NCBI GenBank assembly: GCA_021850095.1
Contig: JAJZRX010000009.1
Span: 26 to 64,025 of the forward strand
DNA from: Deltaproteobacteria bacterium
GTDB lineage: Bacteria; Desulfobacterota; Desulfuromonadia; Geobacterales; Pseudopelobacteraceae
Direction of reading: 5' to 3'
Length of the DNA stretch: 64,000 nucleotides
The notes beneath the pieces are model-generated. The model saw only the letters and a list, made by a program, of their open reading frames with translations. It did not search any database and had not been told where the DNA came from. The translations under genes were made by a program, and so were the position numbers. This document shows, piece after piece, positions 15,153-25,538 of this stretch; the stretch's first letter is position 1; each line of letters begins with the position of its first letter.

Positions 15153-16292
15153 ATGGGTAAAAGGTTGGAAGGAGATGGCCGGGGCGGTGTAGAACAGGAT
15201 TTGTTGAGGCATGATTGTTCGATCGGAGAAATACTGAAGCAGCGGGGGGTGTCGCGCCGCGACTTCCTCAGGTTCTGCTCTGCCATGACGGCTGCCATGG
15301 CGCTGCCGGCCTCCTTTGCGCCACGGGTGGCCCAGGCGCTGGATCAGGTCAAACGACCGACCCTGGTCTGGCTCGAGATGCAGAGCTGCACTGGCGACAC
15401 CGAGGCGCTGCTCCGTTCGGCCAACCCGACTGTGGCCGAAATCGTGCTGGAGATCCTCTCTGTCGATTACCACGAAACCATCATGGCGGCCGCCGGGCAT
15501 CAGGCCGAAGGTGCACTGGACAAGGCCATTGCCGATTTCAAGGGTAACTATATCTGTGTCATCGAAGGTTCGATCTCGACCAAAGATGGCGGCATATATG
15601 GCACAACCGGCGGCAAGACCCATCTGGAACGTGCCCGTCAGGTTTGCGGCGGAGCGCTGGCCACGATCGCGGTCGGCACCTGCGCAGCGTATGGCGGCAT
15701 TGCCGCTGCGTCACCCAACCCGACCGGTGCGGTCGGCGTCATGGAGGCCGTACCCGGCACTACGGTAATCAACCTGCCCGGCTGTCCGGTCAATGCCGAC
15801 AATCTGACCGCCACGATCGTACATTATCTGGTTTTCGGAAAAATTCCGGCCCTGGACAGTCATGGCCGCCCGCTGTTTGCCTATGGAAAGAGAATTCACG
15901 ACAACTGCGAGCGCCGCCCCCATTTCGACGCCGGGCAATATGTGGAACAGTGGGGCGACGATGGTCACCGCAAGGGATTCTGTCTTTACAAGATGGGTTG
16001 CAAGGGGCCGGCCACCTTTCATAACTGCCCCAGCCAGCGCTACAACGAAAAAACCAGCTGGCCGATCGCGGCCGGACATCCCTGCGCCGGCTGCTCCGAG
16101 CCTCATTTCTGGGACACCATGTCGCCGATGTACAAGCGTCTGCCCAACGTGCCCGGTTTCGGTATCGAGCAGACCGCCGACAAGATCGGGCTGGGTCTGG
16201 TTGTCGGCGCCGGCGCGGCTTTTGCGGTTCATGGCGCCCTGAATGCGCTGCGCCGTGACAAGGAACCGAATGAAGATACCAGGGAGGGGTGA
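15153..16292 (+). CDS. hyaA: [NiFe] hydrogenase small subunit (Tat-exported)
   Basis: Twin-arginine motif SRRDFLRFC, Fe-S Cys ligands (EMQSCTGD, PGCP, CxxxxxxC), and a C-terminal TM anchor. Confidence 0.9.
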   Translation: MGKRLEGDGRGGVEQDLLRHDCSIGEILKQRGVSRRDFLRFCSAMTAAMALPASFAPRVAQALDQVKRPTLVWLEMQSCTGDTEALLRSANPTVAEIVLEILSVDYHETIMAAAGHQAEGALDKAIADFKGNYICVIEGSISTKDGGIYGTTGGKTHLERARQVCGGALATIAVGTCAAYGGIAAASPNPTGAVGVMEAVPGTTVINLPGCPVNADNLTATIVHYLVFGKIPALDSHGRPLFAYGKRIHDNCERRPHFDAGQYVEQWGDDGHRKGFCLYKMGCKGPATFHNCPSQRYNEKTSWPIAAGHPCAGCSEPHFWDTMSPMYKRLPNVPGFGIEQTADKIGLGLVVGAGAAFAVHGALNALRRDKEPNEDTREG

Positions 16293-16295
16293 GAT

Positions 16296-17993
16296 ATGGC
16301 CAGGATAGTCGTCGACCCGATCACCAGAATTGAAGGACACCTTCGTATCGAGGCCGAAGTCAGCGGCGGCAGAATCATCGACGCCTGGAGTTCCGCCACC
16401 ATGTTCCGGGGGATCGAGAAGATCCTGAAGGGGCGCGATCCGCGTGACGCCTGGTTCTGGACCCAGCGTTTCTGCGGAGTCTGCACCACGGTCCATTCGA
16501 TCGCCTCCATCCGGGCGGTGGAGAACGCCTTCAGGATCAAAATCCCGCCCAATGCCGAACTGATCCGCAACATCATCATCGGCACCCAGAACGTGCAGGA
16601 TCATGTGATCCACTTTTATCACCTGCATGCGCTGGACTGGGTTGATATCACCTCCGGGCTCAAGGCCGATCCGGTCAGAACGGCGGCTCTGGCGTCTTCG
16701 ATTTCGGAATGGCCCAACAATTCGGCCACCTATTTCAAGGGGGTTCAGGACAAGCTCAAGGCCTTTGTCGACTCCGGCCGCCTGGGGCCGTTTGCCAATG
16801 CCTACTGGGGTCATCCGGCCTACCGGTTGCCGCCCGAAGCCAATCTGATGGCGACCGCCCATTACCTGGAAGCGCTGGAGTGGCAGAAGGACGTGATCAA
16901 GATCCACGCCATTCTGGGTAGTAAAAACCCCCATCCCCAGACCTTTCTGGTGGGCGGTATGTCGATCCCGATCGATCCCGATTCCCAGAATGCCCTCAAT
17001 GCCGATAAGCTGATCGAAATCAGGCGCCTGCTGAAAAAGGCCCAGGATTTTGTCGAGAAGGTCTATATTCCCGACCTGCTGGCGGTGGCATCTTTCTACA
17101 AGGATTGGGCCACCATCGGCGGCGGGGTCGGCAACTACATGTGCTACGGCGAGTTTCCGGATGCGGCCGGCACCATGTGGTTTCCCTCCGGAGCGATTAT
17201 GGAGAAGGATCTTGCCAGGGTTCTGGGCGTCGACCAGGGCAAGATCGCCGAATACGTCGATCACTCCTGGTTTGAAAATTCGGCCGGCCCCGGGAAGGGG
17301 CTGCACCCCTACAATGGCGAAACCGAGGTGCGCTACACCGGCCCCAAGCCCCCATACGAGTACCTTGACACCGATGCCCGATACTCGTTCGTCAAATCGC
17401 CCCGCTATGATGAAAAGCCGATGGAGGTGGGTCCGCTGGCCCGCGTGCTGGTGGCCTACGCTTCGGGACACAAGGAGACCAGGTCGGTGGTGGATCTGGT
17501 GCTGGGCAAGCTGGGAGTCGGTCCGGCGGCGCTCTTTTCAACCCTGGGGCGTACGGCCGCGCGCGGTATCGATTGCCTGCTGAACGCCCGTCAGACCCCC
17601 GTATTTCTGGATGAGCTGATCAATAACATTTCCAAGGGTGATTACCGTATCCACGCCAACGAAAAGTGGGATCCTTCCGAATGGCCCGCCGAGGCCAGCG
17701 GCTACGGCATGCACGAGGCTCCGCGGGGGGGGCTCGGGCACTGGATCAGGATCAGGGATCAGAAAATTTTGAATTATCAGGCGGTGGTGCCTTCCACCTG
17801 GAACGCTTCGCCCCGCGATGCCAAGGGTCAGCGCGGCCCCTATGAGGCGGCCCTGGTCGGCACTCCGCTGGCCGATCCCAACAAGCCGTTGGAGATTTTG
17901 CGCACGATCCACTCCTTCGACCCCTGTCTGGCCTGCGCCGTCCATGTCCTGGATGGCAATGGCAATGAACTGGTCAAGGTCAAGGTGACCTGA
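16296..17993 (+). CDS. hyaB: [NiFe] hydrogenase large subunit
   Basis: N-terminal PITRIEGHLRIE and RFCGVCT. C-terminal DPCLACAVH followed by a cleavable extension. Confidence 0.95.
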   Translation: MARIVVDPITRIEGHLRIEAEVSGGRIIDAWSSATMFRGIEKILKGRDPRDAWFWTQRFCGVCTTVHSIASIRAVENAFRIKIPPNAELIRNIIIGTQNVQDHVIHFYHLHALDWVDITSGLKADPVRTAALASSISEWPNNSATYFKGVQDKLKAFVDSGRLGPFANAYWGHPAYRLPPEANLMATAHYLEALEWQKDVIKIHAILGSKNPHPQTFLVGGMSIPIDPDSQNALNADKLIEIRRLLKKAQDFVEKVYIPDLLAVASFYKDWATIGGGVGNYMCYGEFPDAAGTMWFPSGAIMEKDLARVLGVDQGKIAEYVDHSWFENSAGPGKGLHPYNGETEVRYTGPKPPYEYLDTDARYSFVKSPRYDEKPMEVGPLARVLVAYASGHKETRSVVDLVLGKLGVGPAALFSTLGRTAARGIDCLLNARQTPVFLDELINNISKGDYRIHANEKWDPSEWPAEASGYGMHEAPRGGLGHWIRIRDQKILNYQAVVPSTWNASPRDAKGQRGPYEAALVGTPLADPNKPLEILRTIHSFDPCLACAVHVLDGNGNELVKVKVT

Positions 17994-18008
17994 GAAAGGG
18001 GGTTTCGT

Positions 18009-18674
18009 ATGTCGAATCAGCCCAAATTCAAGCGCTATATATGGGAGTTGCCGGTCAGGTGGTGCCATTGGGTCAACATGGCCTGTATCGTGATTCTGTC
18101 GGTCAGCGGTTTTTTTATTGGCAACCCGGTCTCTTTTGGCAGTTCGGCCTCGGATTTCACCATGGGATGGATTCGTTTCATCCATTTCACGGCGGCTTAC
18201 CTGTTTGCGGTCAGCGTCATGTCCCGGGTGATCTGGTCGTTCATCGGCAACAAATATTCAAGCTGGCGTGAGTTCTTTCCGCTGATGACCGATGCGGGCC
18301 GTAAAAAAACCGTCAGGATGTTGCGCTATTATCTGCTGATTGACAAGGAAGTGCCTGAAACAGTGGGCCACAATCCACTGGCAACGGCCGCCTATGTAGT
18401 CCTGTTCGGCATTTATTCGGTCATGATCCTGACCGGCTTTGCGCTTTATGCCCAGCATGCACCGCAGGGCAGCATGCACAAAGCGCTCGGTTTCATGTAT
18501 GTGCTGTTCAGTGATCAGGGCATGCGGCTTGCGCACCATATCAGCATGTGGTTTATTTTCGGATTTGTGATAAATCACATCTACAGCGCCTGGCTGATGG
18601 ACATAAAGGAGCATGGCGGTGAGATATCCAGCATGTTCAGTGGGTACAAGTTCACGGTGAAGAAAGAAGAGTAA
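18009..18674 (+). CDS. hyaC: Ni/Fe-hydrogenase b-type cytochrome subunit
   Basis: YIWELPVRWCHWVNM start, four TM helices with conserved His, in the position of HyaC. Confidence 0.85.
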   Translation: MSNQPKFKRYIWELPVRWCHWVNMACIVILSVSGFFIGNPVSFGSSASDFTMGWIRFIHFTAAYLFAVSVMSRVIWSFIGNKYSSWREFFPLMTDAGRKKTVRMLRYYLLIDKEVPETVGHNPLATAAYVVLFGIYSVMILTGFALYAQHAPQGSMHKALGFMYVLFSDQGMRLAHHISMWFIFGFVINHIYSAWLMDIKEHGGEISSMFSGYKFTVKKEE

Positions 18675-18702
18675 TGTTCAGGTCGTTATTCCGGCATATT
18701 GA

Positions 18703-18729
18703 GGCGCGCTGTCCGGCGCGCCTTTTTTT
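18703..18729 (+). terminator. Intrinsic-terminator-like hairpin between hyaC and hyaD
   Basis: 8-bp GC-rich stem AGGCGCGC / GCGCGCCT with a 6-nt loop, followed by a run of 7 T. Confidence 0.6.
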
Positions 18730-18756
18730 ATCTGCTGTTCCGGGAAGGAAAAAACA

Positions 18757-19284
18757 GTGATTTCATCCGACGTAGCTGATAAATCTGTGCTTGTGCTGGG
18801 TATCGGAAATCTGGTGATGAGCGATGATGGCGCCGGGGTTCGTGTTGTTCAGCAACTGCAGCGTTCATACACATTTCCGGAGAACGTGAGCGTTGTAGAT
18901 GGCGGAACGCTCGGACTTGATCTACTCCCGATGCTGGAGAATGTAACCCATCTGATACTGGTGGATGCGGTCGAGACCGGCGAGAAGCCGGGCACGTTGA
19001 TCCGCTTGACCGGAGAGCAGCTGCCAATCGCGCTTGAAACCAAACTGTCGCCACACCAAATGGGACTCAAGGATCTTTTGGCCGTTTCCGGATTGATGGG
19101 GCATGTGCCGCGCGAAATGGTTCTTGTCGGTGTTCAGCCGGGATCAATAGAGATGGGAGCTGAATTGACGGTTGAAGTTAATTCAAAGCTTGATGAAATT
19201 GTTGCCAATATACTGGCGGAACTTGAAAAAACAGGAATTACCGTTGTCGCCAGTCCGCATGAATCCTCTCGCAAAGCGGTCTGA
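18757..19284 (+). CDS. hyaD: Hydrogenase maturation endopeptidase (HyaD/HybD family)
   Basis: VLVLGIGNLVMSDDGAGVRVV and SPHQMGL motifs. GTG start. Confidence 0.85.
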   Translation: MISSDVADKSVLVLGIGNLVMSDDGAGVRVVQQLQRSYTFPENVSVVDGGTLGLDLLPMLENVTHLILVDAVETGEKPGTLIRLTGEQLPIALETKLSPHQMGLKDLLAVSGLMGHVPREMVLVGVQPGSIEMGAELTVEVNSKLDEIVANILAELEKTGITVVASPHESSRKAV

Positions 19285-19330
19285 ATTAAAGCGTTTACAA
19301 CAGCAGCCGCTTTACCTATGATATGCGCCC

Positions 19331-19792
19331 ATGAATTCATCGCAGACCCCCGGCATACGCCCCATGACCGCAGCCGATCTGGACGCGGTTCTGCTGATCG
19401 AGCAATCCTCGTTTCCGCTGCCCTGGAAGCGTGAACACTTTCTGCACGAGATCACTGCCCCGCACTCGTTCCCCTTTGTGGCTGAAATCGACGGAAAGGT
19501 CGCCGGTTATGTCTGTCTGATGTCGCTGTTTGAAGAAGCCCAGATCCTGGATATCGCCGTGGCCGCCGAGCAGCGGGGCAGGGGGGGCGGGCGCCTGCTG
19601 ATGGATAAGGCCCTGGCCGTGGCCCGTGAAAAAGGGGCCGAGGTCATGGCGCTGGAAGTGCGTGAATCCGGCGCGGCGGCTATCGGTCTGTATCGGGCGC
19701 TCGGCTTCAGGCAGACCGGAATCCGGGCCAACTATTATGAATCCAGAGAAAATGCCGTTTTGATGGAAAAAAATATCAAGGAGAAACCATAA
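19331..19792 (+). CDS. rimI: Ribosomal-protein-alanine N-acetyltransferase (GNAT)
   Basis: GNAT fold with QRGRGGGRLL acetyl-CoA loop and LEVRESGAAAIGLYRALGF. About 150 aa. Confidence 0.75.
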   Translation: MNSSQTPGIRPMTAADLDAVLLIEQSSFPLPWKREHFLHEITAPHSFPFVAEIDGKVAGYVCLMSLFEEAQILDIAVAAEQRGRGGGRLLMDKALAVAREKGAEVMALEVRESGAAAIGLYRALGFRQTGIRANYYESRENAVLMEKNIKEKP

Positions 19793-19793
19793 G

Positions 19794-20612
19794 ATGCAGT
19801 TTACCGCCATGATTCTTTCCAACGCGGAGGTCTCGCCCGGTTACTGGCGCATGCGCCTGACCGCCCCTCCCGAATTCGCTTCCGCTTCGCCCGGCCAGTT
19901 CGTGATGGTGCGGGTCAACAACGCCATCGATCCGCTGCTGCGCCGCCCGTTCGGCGTCTTTGACGTCGGCACCCATACTCCGGCCCACAGCGGCGCGGCC
20001 GCCCAGCCTTACTTCGAGATGCTCTACCGGGTGGTGGGCAAGGGCACCGCCATGCTCTCTACGCTGCATGAAACCGATCTGCTGGACATCCTCGGCCCGC
20101 TGGGCAGGGGCTTTGACCTGGGCGATTCCGACGAGGAGAAGCTGATCGTGGGGGGCGGAGTCGGATTGGCGCCGCTGTACCTGCTGGCCAGGGAGCTGGT
20201 AAAGAAATCGCCGGTGCGGCTGTTTGCCGGCGGCCGCACCCGGGACGACATCCTCTGCATCACCGAGTTCGAGCGCCTGGGGGTGGAGTGCTACACCGCC
20301 ACCGAGGATGGTTCGCTGGGCGAGTGCGGATTGGTGACCGAAGCGCTGCTGCGGCGTCTGGATGCGCTGCAGGGCAGGGCCAGCATCTATGCCTGCGGGC
20401 CGCACGGCATGCTGAACGCCGTGGCCAATATCGCCGCACAGCGGGGCATCCCCTGCCAGGTCTCGCTGGAAGGCTACATGGCCTGCGGCGTGGGGGCCTG
20501 CCTGGGGTGCGTTGCGCCGGGGAACCGTCATTCGGCCGAAACACCTGATTTCCGTTGTGTCTGTACCGAAGGGCCGGTCTTTGAATCGGGCGAATTGAAG
20601 TGGAGGGATTGA
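19794..20612 (+). CDS. pyrK: Dihydroorotate dehydrogenase electron-transfer subunit
   Basis: FAD/NAD-binding fold plus the C-terminal 2Fe-2S cluster [10 protein letters not shown]. Sits immediately upstream of pyrD. Confidence 0.85.
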   Translation: MQFTAMILSNAEVSPGYWRMRLTAPPEFASASPGQFVMVRVNNAIDPLLRRPFGVFDVGTHTPAHSGAAAQPYFEMLYRVVGKGTAMLSTLHETDLLDILGPLGRGFDLGDSDEEKLIVGGGVGLAPLYLLARELVKKSPVRLFAGGRTRDDILCITEFERLGVECYTATEDGSLGECGLVTEALLRRLDALQGRASIYACGPHGMLNAVANIAAQRGIPCQVSLEGYMACGVGACLGCVAPGNRHSAETPDFRCVCTEGPVFESGELKWRD

Positions 20613-20613
20613 G

Positions 20614-21528
20614 ATGAAACCTGATATGACCGTTAATCTGGCCGGGATGGCGCTGCGCAACCCGGTCATGACTGCCTCCGGCACCTTTGGCTATGGCGAG
20701 GAGTTTGCCGAATATGTCGATCTGGAAACCATCGGCGCCTTTGTCACCAAGGGGCTTTCCCTGAAACCACGGGCCGGCAATCCGACTCCGCGCATCGTCG
20801 AGACACCCGGCGGCATGCTGAACGCGATCGGCCTGCAGAATGTCGGGATCGACGCTTTTATCCAGAAGAAGGTGCCCTTCCTCCGTTCGGTCAACACGCC
20901 GGCCATCGCCAACTTCTTCGGCAACACCGTCGATGAATACGCCGAGCTGGCCGGCCGTCTGGATCAGATCCCGGAGGTGGCCGCCCTGGAGGTCAACATC
21001 TCCTGCCCCAACGTCAAACAGGGGGGCATCGTCTTCGGCACCGATCCGGATTGCGCGGCGGGTGTGGTCAGGGCCTGCCGGGCCGTCACAAAAAAAACGC
21101 TGATCGTCAAGCTTTCACCCAACGTGACCGACGTGGTCGCCATGGCCCGGGCCTGCGAGGATGCCGGGGCCGACTGCCTTTCGCTGATCAACACCCTGAC
21201 CGGCATGGCGATTGACTTGAACAAGCGCCGTCCGGTGCTGGCCAATATCACCGGAGGCTTTTCCGGGCCGGCCATCAAGCCGATCGCGCTGCGCATGGTC
21301 TGGCAGGTGGCCAAAGCGGTCAAGGTGCCGATCATCGGCATCGGCGGGATCATGAACGCCACCGACGCGCTGGAGTTCATGCTGGCCGGAGCCACGGCGG
21401 TCCAGGTCGGCACCGCCAGTTTCATCAACCCCGGCGCCGCCCAGCAGATCGCGGCCGATATGGAGAATTGGCTGACTGACAACGGTGTCGCCGATATCAA
21501 GAGTCTGATCGGCGCGCTGCAAGCCTGA
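20614..21528 (+). CDS. pyrD: Dihydroorotate dehydrogenase B, catalytic subunit
   Basis: [19 protein letters not shown] and GIGGI motifs. Confidence 0.9.
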   Translation: MKPDMTVNLAGMALRNPVMTASGTFGYGEEFAEYVDLETIGAFVTKGLSLKPRAGNPTPRIVETPGGMLNAIGLQNVGIDAFIQKKVPFLRSVNTPAIANFFGNTVDEYAELAGRLDQIPEVAALEVNISCPNVKQGGIVFGTDPDCAAGVVRACRAVTKKTLIVKLSPNVTDVVAMARACEDAGADCLSLINTLTGMAIDLNKRRPVLANITGGFSGPAIKPIALRMVWQVAKAVKVPIIGIGGIMNATDALEFMLAGATAVQVGTASFINPGAAQQIAADMENWLTDNGVADIKSLIGALQA

Positions 21529-21551
21529 AAGCGCGCCGGAAGGATCCATCC

Positions 21552-23084
21552 ATGAACGATATTGCCTCGATGATGGCGTCTGTGCCGATCGTGTCACTGA
21601 TCGATGTCAACTTCATCCTGATCAACCGCGTTTTCGTGCTGTTGCTGACGCTGCTGTTCTTTGGCTCGGTGCTGCTGCTCCGCCGCACCCGTGGCCAGGC
21701 GGTGCATGCCCGCGTCAAGGGTGCCATCAAGCTGGCCCTGTTCGGTTTTGTTCTGCTGGGCGCCGAACTGGCCCTGTCGGCGGTTCCCGGATACCAGTCC
21801 CTGCTGCAGGCTCTGCAGACGATCGTGGTTCTTTTGTGCGTGGCCCGTCTGATTACCTACCTCGTCATCGATATCTATCTGCGGGCCCGCACCCGGCACG
21901 AGGTTCCCTCCTTTATTCGTGACATAGTCGGGCTGGTGGTCTATCTGGTGGTTGGAATCATCTCGCTGCGCCTGGTTTTCAAGATCGACATCACGGCCAT
22001 CATCACCACCACCACCGTTATTACCGCCGCCATCGCCTTTGCCATGCAGAACACGCTGGCAAACGCGCTGTCCGGTTTCTCGATCCAGTCCGACAAACTG
22101 CTGACTCCCGGCAACTGGATCTCGATCAGGGAAAAGAACCTGTTCGGCGAAATCGTCAACATCGGATTCCGCTACACCACCCTGCGCAATGCGGAAAACT
22201 TCCTCTTCATGGTGCCCAACAGCCTCATCCTGCAGAACATCGTCACCTATCACGGCAGCCCCGAAACCGTTGAAAAACCCTCGACCCAGGTGGACGTCAT
22301 GCTGGGCTACGAAGTGCCCCCCGAGACCGCCAAAAACCTGCTGCTGCAGGTGCTGCGGGATGACGAGCAGGTGCTGGAGCAGCCCGAACCGGTTGTGCGC
22401 CTGACGGCGCTGAACGACAGCGGCATCACCTATCAGCTCAAATTCTGCATCAATGACCCCGCCCGGCGGATTCCGATCCAGGACGGCATCTACAGCCAGA
22501 TCTGGTATGCCGTGCATCGCGCCGGCTACAGTTTTCCCTTTCCGCATCGTCAGATCATCACTGCCGAAACAAAAACACCTTTCGAAATTTCCCGCCCGCA
22601 GCTCGCGTCGGCCTTGCGTCAGGTGGATGTTTTCTCCATGCTGGATAACGCCATTATCACCAATCTGGCCGAGTTCGCCGCAGTCCGGGTCTTTGGCGGC
22701 GGCGAGGCGGTAGTTCGTCAGGGCAGCAGCGGCAATTCGCTGTTTCTGGTACTGAAAGGCGAGCTGGAGGTGGAGGTGGATGATACGATCGTCGGAAAAA
22801 TCCCGAGCGATTCTGTTTTTGGTGAGATGTCGCTGCTGACCGGCGAGCCGCGCAGCGCGACGGTGCGGGCCGTAAACGAAGTCTGGCTGGCCGAGGTGAA
22901 CAAGGAATTGCTGGAGCCGATCCTGCGCGAGAATCCCTCCCTGCTGGATTCACTCAGCTCGATTCTGGAGGAGCGCGAAAGCAGGACAATGGCCAGCAAA
23001 TCGGCGCACAGCCAGGCTGCGGCCGGCACTGTTCCCAAGCGGGAAGAGTACCTGCAGCGGCTGAAGAACTTTTTTGGTTTATAG
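21552..23084 (+). CDS. MscS-family mechanosensitive channel with a C-terminal cyclic-nucleotide-binding domain
   Basis: TM region plus MscS beta-domain, then the cNMP signature FGEMSLLTGEPRSATVRA. Confidence 0.8.
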   Translation: MNDIASMMASVPIVSLIDVNFILINRVFVLLLTLLFFGSVLLLRRTRGQAVHARVKGAIKLALFGFVLLGAELALSAVPGYQSLLQALQTIVVLLCVARLITYLVIDIYLRARTRHEVPSFIRDIVGLVVYLVVGIISLRLVFKIDITAIITTTTVITAAIAFAMQNTLANALSGFSIQSDKLLTPGNWISIREKNLFGEIVNIGFRYTTLRNAENFLFMVPNSLILQNIVTYHGSPETVEKPSTQVDVMLGYEVPPETAKNLLLQVLRDDEQVLEQPEPVVRLTALNDSGITYQLKFCINDPARRIPIQDGIYSQIWYAVHRAGYSFPFPHRQIITAETKTPFEISRPQLASALRQVDVFSMLDNAIITNLAEFAAVRVFGGGEAVVRQGSSGNSLFLVLKGELEVEVDDTIVGKIPSDSVFGEMSLLTGEPRSATVRAVNEVWLAEVNKELLEPILRENPSLLDSLSSILEERESRTMASKSAHSQAAAGTVPKREEYLQRLKNFFGL

Positions 23085-23141
23085 CCCCCTGCGGGAAAGT
23101 GCTTGAGGAATTGGCTTACACATAGTACAAGATGATCAGCT

Positions 23142-23239
23142 GGAGGTACGTCGGTCGCTGGTGGGCCGCCCGGTCTTCAAAACCGGTGGGGGGGATGAGA
23201 AATCTCCCCGGTGGGTTCGATTCCCATGTGCCTCCGCCA
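23142..23239 (+). tRNA. selC: tRNA-Sec (anticodon TCA)
   Basis: 98 nt. 8-bp acceptor stem GGAGGTAC/GTGCCTCC, anticodon loop CTTCAAA, long variable arm GGGGGGATGAGAAATCTCCCC, T-arm GGGTTCGATTCCC, encoded CCA. Confidence 0.9.
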
Positions 23240-23421
23240 TTTTTTCCAAAATAGCTCTGGAAATATCCATCCAGAGTCCCCCCCAAATTTCTTTAGCGTC
23301 TCATGCAATCAAGCGCGTGCCGACAACTTAATTCCTGAAGGAATTGCCGCTACATGCATATCTCGTCTGCTCACCATGAACAGCAGGTTTTTTTGACTTC
23401 ACTGCTGCCAGGAGAAAAATA

Positions 23422-24831
23422 GTGAACATCGGTTATTCAATCAAGCGCTTGAACGATGTTGTCCGTGCGCTTTTGATGCAACGTAAACAGAACAGGCTTA
23501 TATCCGGCACACGACAGGATCTGCAGGATTATCAGCAGCAAAATCTTTCAGCGCTGGTTGCATATTCTGTTCGTAACTCTCCGTTTTATAGAGAGCTGTA
23601 TGGAAATATACAATCCGATAAATTTCTTCTTACCGACCTTCCGGTTACAAACAAATCAATGATGATGGATAATTTTGATCAGTTTGTAACGGATCCCCGG
23701 CTGAAACTGACAGAACTCCAGGAGCATATCCGGACGCTTACTACGGACGAATATTATTTGGGTGAATATCGCGTAACGGCAACAAGCGGCAGTTCCGGAC
23801 TCAAGGGAATTTTTGTTTCCAGCAGAAAGGAATGGAGCACTGCACTCACCGCCTACTTGAGGTGCGGCTCATACATGGGGCTGACTCCGCGTCTTCCCAA
23901 GCGCAGGAAAATTTCCACCATCGGGGCAGACAGTCCGATTCATGTCAGCTATCGCATGGCTATCAGCAGCGACATCGGTTTGATGAAGACGCAACGTCTG
24001 GATGCAACATTGGGTATCGAACAGCAGTGTGCCGCACTGAACTCGTTCCAGCCCGAATTCCTTTCGGCGTATCCGTCAATTGCATCTCTGCTTGCACGAG
24101 AACAGCTCGAGGGACGACTTTCCATCAATCCGCAGGTGATTTCAACGTTTGGTGAAGTGTGTACCGGAGAGATGAAGCGGAACATTCAGGAAGCCTGGGG
24201 AATTGAGCCGTTCAACAGTTACGGCATGACAGAGGCGGGGATAGTCCTGGGTTCTGATTGTTCCTGCCACCAGGGAATCCATGTCTTTGAAGATCTTTTT
24301 ATCCTGGAAGTTGTGGATCAGCAGAACCGTCCGGTTCCGGACGGGACGCCAGGTCACAAGCTCCTGATCACGAATCTTTTTAACGTTACCCAGCCGATTA
24401 TCAGATATGAAATATCCGACCTGATTACCCTGTCACCAGAACCATGTCCCTGCGGGCGGCCTTTCAGGCTCGTTTCAAGGATCGACGGGCGGAGTGATGA
24501 CATCATCTATCTGGATAATCAGCGGGGAGGCAAGCTGCCTGTTCATCCGGTACATTTTTATACCGCCATGGGCACCTTTCAGGAGATTAAGCTGTACCAG
24601 GTGATTCATGGTGATAACGGACTGCAGATCAGGATTGTCGTCCGGGAGAGTGCGTCCGGGCAAGAGGTGGCGGCAAGGCTCAAGCAGTGTCTGGAATCAA
24701 GTCTGAAAGCGCTTGGAGCGCAACCTCCGAAGATAGTAGTTGAAATCATCGACAGGTTTGATCGCGATCCCCGGCTGATGGGTAAGATGAAATTAGTCAC
24801 GTCATTGTGCGGTTCTTCTTCGCTGCGCTGA
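23422..24831 (+). CDS. Adenylate-forming enzyme, phenylacetate-CoA ligase / F390-synthetase-like
   Basis: TSGSSGLKGIF AMP-binding-type motif and overall PaaK-like layout. GTG start 6 nt after AGGAGA. Confidence 0.6.
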   Translation: MNIGYSIKRLNDVVRALLMQRKQNRLISGTRQDLQDYQQQNLSALVAYSVRNSPFYRELYGNIQSDKFLLTDLPVTNKSMMMDNFDQFVTDPRLKLTELQEHIRTLTTDEYYLGEYRVTATSGSSGLKGIFVSSRKEWSTALTAYLRCGSYMGLTPRLPKRRKISTIGADSPIHVSYRMAISSDIGLMKTQRLDATLGIEQQCAALNSFQPEFLSAYPSIASLLAREQLEGRLSINPQVISTFGEVCTGEMKRNIQEAWGIEPFNSYGMTEAGIVLGSDCSCHQGIHVFEDLFILEVVDQQNRPVPDGTPGHKLLITNLFNVTQPIIRYEISDLITLSPEPCPCGRPFRLVSRIDGRSDDIIYLDNQRGGKLPVHPVHFYTAMGTFQEIKLYQVIHGDNGLQIRIVVRESASGQEVAARLKQCLESSLKALGAQPPKIVVEIIDRFDRDPRLMGKMKLVTSLCGSSSLR

Positions 24832-24951
24832 TCAAGCAGGTCTGCAATTGCAACCACTCTCTCCCGTTTCAGTATTTCCAGCAATCATTGCCTGCGTGAA
24901 CATCACAACAAGGCTGAAGTGTTCTGCTGGTAACGAGACGCATGATAAACC

Positions 24952-25500
24952 CTAGAGCCAGTGTTTCGGATAAGAACGGTGATAGACCACGTTATTCGTG
25001 AAGATTGCCGTAACCAGGAGAATCAGGGCGCCTGCCAACACCGGCAGCAGAATGAACTCCGGGCCCACCGCACCTTGCACTCCGATCAGGGCGGTGGCGC
25101 CTCCCGGCGGATGGGTCGTGTGGGTCAGGTTCATCACAAATATCGCCAGTCCTACCCCGACAGCCATGCTTAAGGGCGTGGAGCCAAACAGGGCGACCAC
25201 AGCGACCGCCACCACGGCGGAGACAAAATGTCCCCCGACCAGATTGCGCGGCTGGGCCAGTGGTGAGTCCGTAGCACCGAAGAGGAGCACCGCCGAAGCG
25301 CCGAAAGAGCCGATCAATAAGGGGTGGCCAATCAGCGTGGTGATCTCGACGATGGCCAGGATGCCCAAAGTGGAGCTCAAGAAACTCCAGACGGCGTACC
25401 AGAGCGACATGGGGGGCTGTGGCCCCCGGAGCGGCACCTTGCAGTTCCGGGGTAGCCTGGCCAGCCTTTTCTTCAATGCAATCATTGACTTTATCTTCAA
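24952..25500 (-). CDS. HPP-family membrane protein
   Basis: THTTHPPGGATALI motif and four TM helices. Confidence 0.8.
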   Translation of the reverse strand: MKIKSMIALKKRLARLPRNCKVPLRGPQPPMSLWYAVWSFLSSTLGILAIVEITTLIGHPLLIGSFGASAVLLFGATDSPLAQPRNLVGGHFVSAVVAVAVVALFGSTPLSMAVGVGLAIFVMNLTHTTHPPGGATALIGVQGAVGPEFILLPVLAGALILLVTAIFTNNVVYHRSYPKHWL

Positions 25501-25538
25501 TGTTTCAAGTCTGGCGCACTTGGACGTCTGCTGAAAAA

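Noticed and set aside
16296-17993. Possible [NiFeSe] hydrogenase, considered because selC is nearby.
   Set aside because: The C-terminal metal-binding motif is DPCLACAVH with ordinary Cys codons, and the ORF is uninterrupted by TGA.
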